This document shows positions 9,327 through 17,828 of a stretch of 20,048 nucleotides of DNA, one piece after another. The stretch is from Opitutales bacterium (GTDB lineage Bacteria; Verrucomicrobiota; Verrucomicrobiia; Opitutales; JABSRG01): assembly GCA_049599475.1 (NCBI GenBank), contig JBMYOQ010000072.1, forward strand, positions 1-20,048, written 5' to 3'. A program made the translations under genes and the position numbers. The stretch's first letter is position 1; each line of letters starts with the position of its first letter. The notes beneath the pieces were generated by a model. It saw only the letters and a list, made by a program, of their open reading frames with translations, had not been told where the DNA came from and searched no databases.

Positions 9327-11582
9327 GTGTTTTCCGAGAAATTTAGCAATCCGCGATCCCGCATTTATCGCCTTTTAGGTCCAGCCGTTGCGCTGTCGGG
9401 CATCGTGGTATCGGGTATCGCTCTCTTTGCGTTTCTGCAAAGTGAAGCAGAATCGAGGTCGCAGCAGATCGTTTCTCAGACTCGGAGCCAGCAGGCCTTT
9501 CTGCGGGGCACCATGGAGAATGAACTGCGCAGCGTTATTCGAGACCTGCGCTACCTGACCCTCGAAGTCGAGAGTATCTATAATGCAAACGGGTCCTATA
9601 TGGACATCGAGACGGATTTTAAACACCTGGCTCAATCCAAGAAGAGCTATGACCAGATTCGAATTCTAAACTTTCAAGGGCATGAGACGCTCCGTGTAAA
9701 TTGGTCTCCTGAGACCGGACCCCAGCGTGTCGATTATTCCCAATTGGGCAACAAAGCTAGCCGCTACTATTTCAGCGACACACTCGATCTCGAGCGCGGC
9801 GAAGTCTATATTTCTCGTCTCGATCTCAATGAGGAGGATGGCAACGTAGAGCTCCCCCTGAAACCCATGCTCCGCTTTGCATCTCCATTGATCGACGATT
9901 CTGGGCATGCGTGGGGTGTCGTCGTAGTTAACTATCTTGCGAGCGAGTTGCTGAAGTTTGCCGAGCAGACAGATATGATGTTTGTCGACTCTTCCGGCGA
10001 TTTCCTAGTCGGGGAGGACAAAAGTCATCTATGGTCTAAGCAACTGGGACACTGGCATACATTTCCCGTATTTTTCACCGAGGAATGGGAGTCCATTAAG
10101 TCTCAAAAGTCATCCCAGGTAGAGACGAAGCATGGTCTGTTTGTAATCGAAGAAGTATCCGCTCTGGAGCTAAACGATTCCGAAAAAATCGCCTACGCCA
10201 GCTCAGAGCCGACCTGGTTCCTCATTCGACGATATGCGGATCCTGCTCATGCGACCGGCGTAGACAGGCTCCAATTGCAACTTCTCGGCATCTACATCCT
10301 GTGCTGCGCCATCTCTATTATCGGAGGGCTCACCCTTCAAAAGACCGCGCAAACCCGATTCCGCGCATTCCAGGAAATGGAAAAAGCCAAAGTCGCTGCA
10401 GAACAGGCAGCTCATTCAAAGAGTGAATTCTTGGCTACCATGAGCCACGAGATCCGCACACCCATGAATGGAGTCATTGCGATGGCCGAGGCTTTGGAGC
10501 TCACAAACCTCGACGCCGATCAACGTCGCAACCTCGAGATTATACGCACGAGTGGAGACGTCCTCCTTCAGGTGATCAACGACATTCTCGACCTTGCCAA
10601 AATGGACGCAGGGAAATTGCTGGTCGAACAGGTATCTTTCAATCTCCGCTCTTCCGCCAAAAATGCCATCGACCTGTTTCAAAAGAAGGCCGACGAAAAG
10701 GATATCGATCTAAAGCTTTCATTCGCCGAAGGGCTCCCAGAAAATGTCGTTTCAGACCCTGTCCGCGTCCGGCAAATTTTATTCAATCTCATCAACAACG
10801 CCGTAAAATTCACGGAGAAACAAGGGACTGTTATTCTGTCGGTCTACACTGTTTCGGAACCGTCTGGAGACTCCCTAAGATTCGTCGTCGAGGACACAGG
10901 GATCGGCATGTCTCCTGAGCAAGTATCGAATCTGTTCACTCCATTTTCTCAAGCCGATCAATCCATCACCCGTCGCTTCGGTGGGACTGGATTAGGCCTT
11001 ACGATTTGTAGGAAAATTTTGGATATTATGGAGGGTACAATCCATGTATCGAGCGAAGCAGGCAAAGGATCACGTTTCACCGTAAAATTGCAACTCGAAT
11101 TACCCAAGGAGAACAAAGAGCAAGCGCGCACGACGGCACCGACTACAACGCCAGCAAGCTATCGATCACTGGATGGCGGCATTCTGATCGTCGATGATAG
11201 CAAGATAAACCGCGAAATCCTCACCCGCATGCTCCAAACATTTGGTATCGATTCAAAGAGCGTCGACGGAGGCAAAAGCGCACTAGAACTACTCGAAAAC
11301 GAGGAATTCAGCCTTATCCTAATGGATCTCCAAATGCCTGAAATGGATGGTTTTGAGACAACTCGCAGAATCCATGAACGCTACAAAGGCGGAGACGCTC
11401 CAGTAATTGTCGCCTGTACCGCGAACGTCTTGCCGGAAGACCAACAAAAGGCAAAAGACGTCGGCATGGCAGCCTTCCTTGGCAAGCCGCTAAGACGCGA
11501 GCATCTAGAGCAAGTCCTTCGCATGCACGATGCCTACACTCGGCTGGACGCACCCGTCTTGATCGGGACCGAGAGCCTTTGA
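9327..11582 (+). CDS. Hybrid sensor histidine kinase/response regulator with a periplasmic Cache-like sensor
   Basis: Two TM helices flank an extracytoplasmic domain. H-box MSHEIRTPMNGV, N-box NLINNAVKFT, DTGIG, GGTGLGL, and a receiver domain (ILIVDD, LMDLQMPEMDG, GKP). GTG start. Confidence 0.93.
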   Translation: MFSEKFSNPRSRIYRLLGPAVALSGIVVSGIALFAFLQSEAESRSQQIVSQTRSQQAFLRGTMENELRSVIRDLRYLTLEVESIYNANGSYMDIETDFKHLAQSKKSYDQIRILNFQGHETLRVNWSPETGPQRVDYSQLGNKASRYYFSDTLDLERGEVYISRLDLNEEDGNVELPLKPMLRFASPLIDDSGHAWGVVVVNYLASELLKFAEQTDMMFVDSSGDFLVGEDKSHLWSKQLGHWHTFPVFFTEEWESIKSQKSSQVETKHGLFVIEEVSALELNDSEKIAYASSEPTWFLIRRYADPAHATGVDRLQLQLLGIYILCCAISIIGGLTLQKTAQTRFRAFQEMEKAKVAAEQAAHSKSEFLATMSHEIRTPMNGVIAMAEALELTNLDADQRRNLEIIRTSGDVLLQVINDILDLAKMDAGKLLVEQVSFNLRSSAKNAIDLFQKKADEKDIDLKLSFAEGLPENVVSDPVRVRQILFNLINNAVKFTEKQGTVILSVYTVSEPSGDSLRFVVEDTGIGMSPEQVSNLFTPFSQADQSITRRFGGTGLGLTICRKILDIMEGTIHVSSEAGKGSRFTVKLQLELPKENKEQARTTAPTTTPASYRSLDGGILIVDDSKINREILTRMLQTFGIDSKSVDGGKSALELLENEEFSLILMDLQMPEMDGFETTRRIHERYKGGDAPVIVACTANVLPEDQQKAKDVGMAAFLGKPLRREHLEQVLRMHDAYTRLDAPVLIGTESL

Positions 11583-11587
11583 TCGAA

Positions 11588-12118
11588 TCAGCAGTCCCCT
11601 AACGCTTTCAATACTGTCTCCACGGCTTCGTCCGGAAAGAGCATTTCTGTATCGACCCGAACCAACGGCTCTGGGAACTCAGGGAATTCAAACCCTCCAG
11701 CGTCTTTAAATTTCTGAAAGATATCCTGGTCCGTGAGCTTGCCAAAGGCTTTCCGACTCTCGTCTCCAATACGTTTAAGGATCGCAGCATCCGAACACAC
11801 GAGCTCCACATAATGAACGCGCCCTCCGTGTTCGCGATAGATGTCCGTGATATCCCAGATCAACTGAGGATCGACCGTCTTTTCGGGGTTGAATGTGAAG
11901 ATAAAGGATTTCTTCGCTTTAGCAGCTTCCTCGAAGGAAGCGCGCCACATTTTATCTCGAATTGCGATAAAGCCCGGCTCTCCGAATTCAAATAAGGACT
12001 TGGCGACATCGACCACGAGATGGTTGTGAAACAAGGGTATCCCCATTCTCTCGCTGAGCAGAGAACCGATCGTATATTTACCCGCCGCAGCCGGACCGTG
12101 AATGAATATCAATTCCAT
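11588..12118 (-). CDS. Small P-loop NTPase, shikimate/nucleotide kinase-like
   Basis: N-terminal IFIHGPAAAGKYT Walker A variant, LFHNHLVVD, and a LID-like ILKRIGDESR segment. Confidence 0.8.
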   Translation of the reverse strand: MELIFIHGPAAAGKYTIGSLLSERMGIPLFHNHLVVDVAKSLFEFGEPGFIAIRDKMWRASFEEAAKAKKSFIFTFNPEKTVDPQLIWDITDIYREHGGRVHYVELVCSDAAILKRIGDESRKAFGKLTDQDIFQKFKDAGGFEFPEFPEPLVRVDTEMLFPDEAVETVLKALGDC

Positions 12119-12121
12119 GAC

Positions 12122-12721
12122 CTAAGCCGCCTTCGCGGCCCGCTTCGCTTTGATCCAAATGATTCCAGCTGGGATCACCTGAAGGCAGATCAGGCTAATC
12201 CCAAATCCGAGCAAGCTGCGCGGATCGCTCAAGGCAAATAAGGGAATCGCCACAAGCCACCAGCCAATGGCAGCCGCTTGTAGCACACGGCGCTGCGAGA
12301 GCATACTCTGCACGAAAAAGGCAAAGCCTAGAACTGTAGCAAAGAGACCCGGAAGAACATATGTATTAAATAGTCCAAAGCTTATACTCCCTACCCCTGC
12401 GATCAGCATGGCGATGAAAGCCCCGATCCACAGGCGCTGGCTCAATCTAGAAGTGAGCGGCATGGAAAGCGGATTTCCGGTCGAACCCCGAGCATTGATT
12501 ATCGTCACAGCACAAGCCATCGATATGGACAAGCCCCAGACATAGATCACTGAATTCACCGGGCTCCCATAGGTCTGCACCGCGAATTCCACGATAAAGC
12601 ACTTTGCAAAGATCAGCCCCCAAAACAGCGTGATCAGCGTCGCACGGCGCGAGCGATCAGACGCAGATTCCAAAGAAAGCTGAATATCTGCCAATGTCGT
12701 TTGAGTGGACCCTTGATACAT
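12122..12721 (-). CDS. Hypothetical integral membrane protein (about 6 TM)
   Basis: Several hydrophobic segments. The stop lies 3 bp before the start of the kinase-like gene, suggesting an operon. Confidence 0.8.
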   Translation of the reverse strand: MYQGSTQTTLADIQLSLESASDRSRRATLITLFWGLIFAKCFIVEFAVQTYGSPVNSVIYVWGLSISMACAVTIINARGSTGNPLSMPLTSRLSQRLWIGAFIAMLIAGVGSISFGLFNTYVLPGLFATVLGFAFFVQSMLSQRRVLQAAAIGWWLVAIPLFALSDPRSLLGFGISLICLQVIPAGIIWIKAKRAAKAA

Positions 12722-12837
12722 GCTCTAAATGTTGATCAGAAATCCCAGAAATTCAAAATTGAAAAGCGGAGTGAGCCCGTGTAGCCCTATAGGCGAATTT
12801 TTTTTCGTAAATCCTGCTACATGCGATCGATCTTACC

Positions 12838-13470
12838 ATGAACACCCTTGACGCACTTTCTTGGCGCTACGCCACAAAGATATTTGATCCCAATCGCACA
12901 CTGAGTGACGAGCAATTGAATTTGCTCAAAGAATCACTTCGGCTAGCACCGTCATCTTTTGGCCTGCAACCTTGGCATTTCGTAATCGTCGAAAACCAAG
13001 ACTTGAAAGACAAACTTGTCGCCGCGAGCTGGGGCCAAACTCAGGTCCGCGATGCGTCCCATGTTTTCGTCATTTGCAGGAAGAAGGACCTCACTATCGA
13101 CGATATCGATGCCTTTGTCGCCCAGACTGCCGAAACGCGCGGACAGCACCTCGAATCGCTCCAAGGGTTTCGCGGAGTGATGGTCAATTTCGTGGAACGG
13201 ATGAACCAGCAACAGAAGGTCGATTGGATGTCGCGACAGATCTACATCGCTCTATCGAGCCTGATGACCGTTGCTGCCTACGAAGGCATCGACGCTTGCC
13301 CGATGGAAGGCATCATCCCCGCCCAATATTCGAGCATTCTCGATCTGGATAAACTGGGAATCGTGCCCATTCTGGCCTGCCCAGTAGGTTTCCGCGCAGA
13401 GTCTGACAAATACGCCACCGCGGCGAAAATCAGACATTCTTCGGAATCCGTATTCACAACCCTTTCATAA
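12838..13470 (+). CDS. NfsB-like FMN-dependent nitroreductase
   Basis: WRYATKIFD, RLAPSSFGLQPWHF, DASH and GIDACPMEG. Confidence 0.93.
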   Translation: MNTLDALSWRYATKIFDPNRTLSDEQLNLLKESLRLAPSSFGLQPWHFVIVENQDLKDKLVAASWGQTQVRDASHVFVICRKKDLTIDDIDAFVAQTAETRGQHLESLQGFRGVMVNFVERMNQQQKVDWMSRQIYIALSSLMTVAAYEGIDACPMEGIIPAQYSSILDLDKLGIVPILACPVGFRAESDKYATAAKIRHSSESVFTTLS

Positions 13471-13488
13471 TAGAAACGAGGCCTAGGC

Positions 13489-14514
13489 ATGGCTTCTGGA
13501 GACTACACATTCGCATCCGATAATGTAACGGGCTTGCACCCAGTGGCCCTAAAGCTCCTCAACGCGGCAAACTCAGGGCACGTTTCCGCCTATGGCGAAG
13601 ACGCCGCGAGCCAGTCGCTGACCGCCGCCCTCAGCGAATTTTTCGAGTGTCCGGTCAAAGGTTTCCCTGTCTTCAACGGCACCGCGGCCAACGCACTCTC
13701 CCTCGCCTCCCTCGTAAAACCCTACGAGGCTGTGGCGTGTCACCCCTTCGCCCACGCCGATCTCGACGAATGCAATGCTCCCGAGTTCTTCACCGGTGGC
13801 GCAAAACTGATCCCCATCGGGGGTGACAACGGTAAGATCTGCCCCAGGTTGCTGGGCGCAAAGATCACCGAGCGGGACGATGTCCACTTCCCCAAAATCC
13901 GCGCGCTTACGCTGACGCTCTCGTCCGAGGTGGGCACTGTTTACAGCCTGGCTGAATTGCAGGCCCTCCGGCAGATTTGCAAAGAGAACCGGATCCACGT
14001 GCACATAGACGGCGCACGATTCTTCAACGCGCTCGCCCATCTGCAGTGCACACCCGCAGAAATGATCCAGGCAGCAGGCGCCGGTGTTCTCAGCCTGGGC
14101 CTGGTAAAGATTGGTGCATCGCTGGGTGAAGTGGTTGTCTTCTTTGACGAAGCTCTCGCTGACGGCTTTACCTATCGGCGAAAGCAAGCAGCACAACTCG
14201 CCTCTAAAATGCGCTTCATCTCCGCGCCAATCCCCGCCCTCCTCGGAGACCCCATCAATGCGTGGGCGAAAAACGCTAACGAGAAGGCTTCGATGCTCGC
14301 TGAAGGGTTCAAAAAACGCGGAATCGAACCTGCCTTCCCGATCGAGGCCAACGCCGTTTTCGTCCGCCTGGACCAGACCCTCGCCTCCGCACTCCGGGAA
14401 CGTGGTTGGGTATTCTACGATTTCGTCGAGGACACCCACCGGTTCGTATGCCATTGGGCCACCACCGACAACGACATCCAGCGCCTGCTATCGGACATCG
14501 ATGCAGCCTCTTAG
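13489..14514 (+). CDS. ltaE: Low-specificity L-threonine aldolase family (PLP-dependent)
   Basis: FASDN, AYGED, FNGTAANALSL, DECNAPE, HIDGARFFNA, candidate PLP Lys in SLGLVKIG, QLASKMRF and EANAVF. Confidence 0.88.
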   Translation: MASGDYTFASDNVTGLHPVALKLLNAANSGHVSAYGEDAASQSLTAALSEFFECPVKGFPVFNGTAANALSLASLVKPYEAVACHPFAHADLDECNAPEFFTGGAKLIPIGGDNGKICPRLLGAKITERDDVHFPKIRALTLTLSSEVGTVYSLAELQALRQICKENRIHVHIDGARFFNALAHLQCTPAEMIQAAGAGVLSLGLVKIGASLGEVVVFFDEALADGFTYRRKQAAQLASKMRFISAPIPALLGDPINAWAKNANEKASMLAEGFKKRGIEPAFPIEANAVFVRLDQTLASALRERGWVFYDFVEDTHRFVCHWATTDNDIQRLLSDIDAAS

Positions 14515-14533
14515 GCTAATCTCGTCTAGCACC

Positions 14534-14624
14534 AGGGTAGCGACCGACCACCGGGCGGTCATGAGTACGTCAGCCTAGGCAGTTTACCCGAGTAATGCCC
14601 AGCGAGGTTTCAGGGCGCTACCCT
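14534..14624. repeat. REPIN-like doublet with a divergent second unit
   Basis: Terminal 9-bp inverted repeat AGGGTAGCG...CGCTACCCT. Plus unit 14536-14561 is GGTAGCGACCGACCACCGGGCGGTCA. The minus unit ending at 14622 reads GGTAGCGCCCTGAAACCTCGCTGGGC. Confidence 0.7.
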
Positions 14625-14639
14625 TCAGAGCAAATTAAA

Positions 14640-14726
14640 GGTAGCAACCGATCTCCGAGCGGTTGAAGACAGCAATTTCGCCCAGCTAATACCCCGCATT
14701 CGGCCGCTCGGAGATCGGCCGCTACC
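14640..14726. repeat. REPIN-like doublet: two inverted 26-bp units with a 35-bp spacer
   Basis: Plus 14640-14665 is GGTAGCAACCGATCTCCGAGCGGTTG. Minus 14701-14726 is GGTAGCGGCCGATCTCCGAGCGGCCG. Confidence 0.85.
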
Positions 14727-14790
14727 GATGACGTCATCCTAAACGCAGCGCCATTCGCGCGAGCATCCTGTGGTTACCTATTGAATCGAG

Positions 14791-14825
14791 TGCAACTTGC
14801 ATTATTGCATATTGTTAGCAATAAT
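14791..14825 (+). promoter_or_regulatory. Putative promoter and overlapping operator upstream of the GH92 gene
   Basis: -35-like TTGCAT (14797-14802), 17 bp, -10-like AATAAT (14820-14825). Perfect inverted repeat ATTATTGC-N9-GCAATAAT (14801-14825) and palindrome TGCAACTTGCA (14791-14801). Confidence 0.55.
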
Positions 14826-14884
14826 AGGCTCATTCAGACACTTTTTCCTGACGCATAGCAATTGAACACCCTCCTCCATCTAAA

Positions 14885-17206
14885 ATGATCAGCAAAATCA
14901 CTCGGTTTTCTCTAGGCATTCTTATGTCAACATTATGCATTCATAATGCATTTTCAGACGTGCTGAAATACGTAGATCCCTTCATCGGGACAGACGAAAA
15001 GGGGCATTGCTTCCCTGGAGCCACCACTCCTATGGGGATGATCCAACTGAGCCCATCCAATGATAGCCAAGAAAAGCGCCACTATGTCGGCTATCATTGG
15101 ACAGACACTTCCATAAAAGGCTTTGCCCACACGCATTTTAGCGGGACAGGCCTATCGGGAATGGGAGATTTCTTGATGATGCCCCTGGGAGGAGAGCTCA
15201 AACTCGTCCCCGGCACCGAGGAGAATCCTGACCTCGGCTACCGCGCCCGTCTCGACAAAACGAAGCAAAAAGCCTCTCCAGGGTATTACTTGGTCGAGTT
15301 CGAAGACAATCAGGTCCTCGTCGAGCTCACCGCATCCGCGCGAGTAGGCTTTCACCGCTACACATTTCAAAATGATGGCGAACAGCACGTAATTTTCGAT
15401 CCGACCCATCGCGTCTTTGGCCACACACGCAAAAGCGAGATCGAAATCCTTTCGGACACCGAACTCCGCGCTCACAAGCATGAATACGGTCACTCCACTG
15501 GCTTGCGGGATGTCTACTTCTACGTAAGATTCAACAAGCCCTTTCAAGCCTACGGCGTTACAAAGGACGGCGAAATTGTGGAAGGCAAAAAGAAGATCAC
15601 CGCGCGAGCTGCAGGGGCCTTTATTACTTTCCAAGGTAAGGCCGGAGATGTAATCGAAGCGACCGCTTCAATCTCCCACGTGAATCACGAGGGTGCAAAG
15701 GCCAACCACGACTCCGAGGCCATTGGAATCGATTTTGACGAGGCTCATCAAGCTGCGCGCACCGTCTGGCAAAACCAGATATCTCGTATTCAAATCGAGG
15801 GCACACTCGACCAAAAGCGCATTTTCTATTCTGGTATGTATCGCTCGTTTATCGCCCCCAATATCATTTCAGATGTGAACGGAAATTACATGTTTGGTGG
15901 CAAGAGACGGCACCACCCGATGCCCAACGATCCGATGCAAAAGCTGAATTCCCCAGGGCTTGTGCAACTGAGCAACATCTCAAGCTGGGACACCTATCGC
16001 GCCCTACATCCCTTGTGGACCATCATTGATCAAAAATCGGATGCACACCTCGTAAACGTGCTGGTCTCACGACACACCGACACCGACAGCGGCATCGGAC
16101 TCTGGGAGGCGCTCGGCTTCGACAACGCTTGCATGCCGGGATACTCGAGCATTTCAATCATGGTGGATGCTGCCATGAAGGAACTTCCAGGGGTCGACCC
16201 TGAGCTTGTCTACCAAGCCGTCCGTCAAGCAGCCAAGGCAGATGTTGTCTCCAGCCCACACTACGGGAAAGACAACGGAGTCGACGATTACAACCGCCTC
16301 GGTGGATGGATGCCCGCGACAGTAGGCTGTAGTGTTACTAAAACTACAGAGAACAATTACTACGATTGGTGCGTAGCGCAATTGGCAGGAAAACTTGGAT
16401 ACACACTCGACGAAAAATACTTCCGGAACCGTAGTCTCGGCTACCGCGAGCTCTTCAACGCCGAGCAAAATTTCCTCTGGCCAAAATATGAAGATGGCAC
16501 CTGGGAAACGATCGACCTCACCCACTGGGGTGACAAGAAGACCGGCCTGATTTCTGATTATGTATCTGGCAACATTTGGGCATATAGCGGCTACACGCCC
16601 CATGACATGGAAGGCGCCATTGAGCTCTGGGGCGGCAAAGAGAAATACGCAGCGTGGCTCGATGAAGTATTCACAACCGAAATACACATGGCCGGTGACC
16701 AGCATTTCGACATCAGCGGATTCATTGGAGGCTATGGCCATGGCGACGAGCCCGGCCATCAGATGCCTTACAATTACATCTTCGCCGGACAGCCTTGGAA
16801 GGCCCAAGAGCTTGTCCACGAGATCATGACCACCATGTATTTCAACAATCCCACGGGCTATATTAACAACGAGGACTGCGGCCAGATGTCAGCATGGTAT
16901 ATTTTCTCGTCGCTCGGCTTCTATCCAGTAGCCCCCGGAGACCTCCGCTACTACATCGGCTCGCCCCTGCACCCAGCGGCCACAATCAATCTCGAGAGCG
17001 GAAAGACCTTCAAGGTCATCGCGAAAAACCACGCTCCCGCAAACATCTACATCGAATCGGCTACGCTCAACGGCCAGCCCCTCAAGGTCCCCTATATCGA
17101 ACACGCGGCGATCATGAACGGTGGCATCCTTGAGTTCACCATGAGCGACACACCCAACAAGAACTGGGGCACCCAGGTCGATTTTCGCGCAACCGTGGAT
17201 CAATAA
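14885..17206 (+). CDS. Glycoside hydrolase family 92 protein (alpha-mannosidase family), secreted
   Basis: Signal-peptide-like N-terminus. Motifs YVDPFIGT, FPGATTPMGMIQLSP, GFAHTHFSGTG, ASPGYY, WDTYRALHP and NEDCGQMSAWYIFSSLGFYPVAPG. Confidence 0.95.
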   Translation: MISKITRFSLGILMSTLCIHNAFSDVLKYVDPFIGTDEKGHCFPGATTPMGMIQLSPSNDSQEKRHYVGYHWTDTSIKGFAHTHFSGTGLSGMGDFLMMPLGGELKLVPGTEENPDLGYRARLDKTKQKASPGYYLVEFEDNQVLVELTASARVGFHRYTFQNDGEQHVIFDPTHRVFGHTRKSEIEILSDTELRAHKHEYGHSTGLRDVYFYVRFNKPFQAYGVTKDGEIVEGKKKITARAAGAFITFQGKAGDVIEATASISHVNHEGAKANHDSEAIGIDFDEAHQAARTVWQNQISRIQIEGTLDQKRIFYSGMYRSFIAPNIISDVNGNYMFGGKRRHHPMPNDPMQKLNSPGLVQLSNISSWDTYRALHPLWTIIDQKSDAHLVNVLVSRHTDTDSGIGLWEALGFDNACMPGYSSISIMVDAAMKELPGVDPELVYQAVRQAAKADVVSSPHYGKDNGVDDYNRLGGWMPATVGCSVTKTTENNYYDWCVAQLAGKLGYTLDEKYFRNRSLGYRELFNAEQNFLWPKYEDGTWETIDLTHWGDKKTGLISDYVSGNIWAYSGYTPHDMEGAIELWGGKEKYAAWLDEVFTTEIHMAGDQHFDISGFIGGYGHGDEPGHQMPYNYIFAGQPWKAQELVHEIMTTMYFNNPTGYINNEDCGQMSAWYIFSSLGFYPVAPGDLRYYIGSPLHPAATINLESGKTFKVIAKNHAPANIYIESATLNGQPLKVPYIEHAAIMNGGILEFTMSDTPNKNWGTQVDFRATVDQ

Positions 17207-17245
17207 GGCCAATCGGCGAGAACCTTCGCTCGAACTCACAAAAGC

Positions 17246-17282
17246 ATGCCTCGAAAACAATCTTTTCGGGGCATTTTAATTT
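17246..17282 (+). terminator. Probable intrinsic terminator after the GH92 gene
   Basis: Stem-loop ATGCCTCGAAAA-CAATC-TTTTCGGGGCAT (one G.U pair) followed by TTTAATTT. Confidence 0.65.
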
Positions 17283-17393
17283 GACGCTTACATCGGTTCG
17301 CCTCCGGATTTTTGTTTGATTTCGAATGGAAAAATCGGGAACCTCCGCCAACCCGACCTCCTCGGTAATCCAACAATCTTTCTCCTCTGACCG

Positions 17394-17828
17394 GTGACAG
17401 TAGCCATCTCACTTACTCTCTATTTTATCATTTTCAGCGTAATCGGCTGGGGCTTCGACACCTTCCTACGCAGTGTCCGGCGCAAACGTTGGGCTCCGAT
17501 TAGAAAGATTCCCTTTTCTCCGCTATACGGTATGGGAGCCTTGATGATCCTGTGGTCGCCAGCTCCAATCCGCGAGGCCAACCCAGCCCTACAGTTCCTC
17601 GCATTTGGGTTTGTTTTCTGCTTATACGAGTGGATCGCAGGCGCTGCGATTCTCAAAGTAATAGGAAAACGCATCTGGGACTATCGTGAACGCAATTTTA
17701 ACCTGGGAGGACACACCGACCTCTTTCACTTTTTCATCTGGGGACTCGTTGGAGCCGTCACAATCAATTGTGTCGACCCCGCAGTCCGCTCATGGATGGG
17801 CGATTGGGCACCCACAGCTTTAGGATGA
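17394..17828 (+). CDS. CmpB/TMEM229-like small membrane protein (often annotated putative ABC transporter permease)
   Basis: Four TM segments and family-like motifs FSVIGW, PFSPLYGMG, YEWIAG, RIWDY..RNFNLGG and WG. GTG start. Confidence 0.8.
   Translation: MTVAISLTLYFIIFSVIGWGFDTFLRSVRRKRWAPIRKIPFSPLYGMGALMILWSPAPIREANPALQFLAFGFVFCLYEWIAGAAILKVIGKRIWDYRERNFNLGGHTDLFHFFIWGLVGAVTINCVDPAVRSWMGDWAPTALG

Noticed and set aside
13573..14454. 293-aa antisense ORF opposite the threonine aldolase gene
   Set aside because: Shadow ORF caused by codon bias of the real gene. It has no recognisable motifs.
17768..17824. N-terminal extension of the desaturase in the ORF track
   Set aside because: It would overlap the upstream gene extensively. 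The ATGA-coupled start at 17825 is more plausible.
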